From: Glaucostegus cemiculus
Lineage: Eukaryota
DNA: 64,000 bases
Reading direction: 5' to 3'
Assembly (NCBI GenBank): GCA_976551045.1
Contig: CDPCPM010000022.1
Coordinates: 20,894,001-20,958,000, forward strand
Below, piece by piece: positions 63,490-64,000 of the stretch. The first letter of the stretch is position 1, and every line of letters begins with the position of its first letter. The notes under the pieces are model-generated. The model made no database searches, had not been told where the DNA came from, and was given only the letters and a program-made list of their open reading frames with translations. Both the position numbers and the translations under genes were made by a program.

Positions 63490-64000
63490 GACATACAGCA
63501 TGGAAACAGGCCATTTGACCCATCCTGTCCACACCGATCAGTGGGCACCTTCCTCTATTAATTCCATCTTCCTGCGCTTGGCCTGTAGCCTTCTATGCCT
63601 AAATGATTTAAGTGCTTGTTTAAACACTTCTTATATGTTGTCAGCGACTCTGCTTCCACCAATCTAGCAGGCAGTGTATTCCAGATATTTACCACACTCT
63701 GCGTGGAAAAAAGTCCTCCTCTGATCCTCTCTAAATCGCTTGCCCCTTGCTCTAAATCTATGTCCTGTAGTTTTATCTACCTCTGATGTGGGGAAAAGTT
63801 TCCTGCTGTCTCCACTATCCATAGTCCTCATAATTTTATGTACCTCAGTCAAGTCCCCTCTTAACCTCCTCCATTCCAGGGAAAATACACCTACTGTCTC
63901 CAGTCTCTCCACATAACTGTAATGCTCTATCCAGGACAATATCATGGTCAATCTCCTCTGCACTCTCTTCAGTGCTATCACATCCTTCCTATAGTGTGGT
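63490..64000 (-). mobile_element. CR1 LINE 3' end
   Basis: ORF 63664-63981: ALKRVQRRLT.I......SYVERL...GVFSLEWRRLRGDLTEVHKIM...TTGHRF. Confidence 0.85.

Overview
Vertebrate genomic DNA, most likely a cartilaginous fish (inferred from HE1/V-SINEs and abundant CR1 and Penelope-like fragments). The left part holds a two-exon GPR55/GPR35-like GPCR (minus strand) whose last ~49 codons are read from an inserted Penelope-like element. It also holds a 5'-truncated Rex1/Babar LINE and a full-length but frameshifted Ty3/gypsy LTR element (10911-15156, tRNA-Trp PBS). From ~17.3 kb a multi-exon ubiquitin-specific protease gene (USP, peptidase C19) can be assembled by hand on the + strand. It has 8 phase-consistent coding exons (260 aa; Cys box, QQD box, Zn ribbon, LKRF box) and lies behind ISRE-like motifs. 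The ORF track misses it entirely. The right half (~31.3-63.3 kb) is a tandem array of ~1.57 kb units. Most units carry a 129-nt phase-0 exon with canonical splice sites. There are 18 intact copies (766 aa in total) and 2 dead copies, in phase with the last USP exon and upstream of the His box, which is not in the window. The best hypothesis is an interferon-inducible deubiquitinase with a heavily amplified, diversifying cassette-exon array inside its catalytic domain. The gene model comes from manual reading only; no transcript or database evidence was available.
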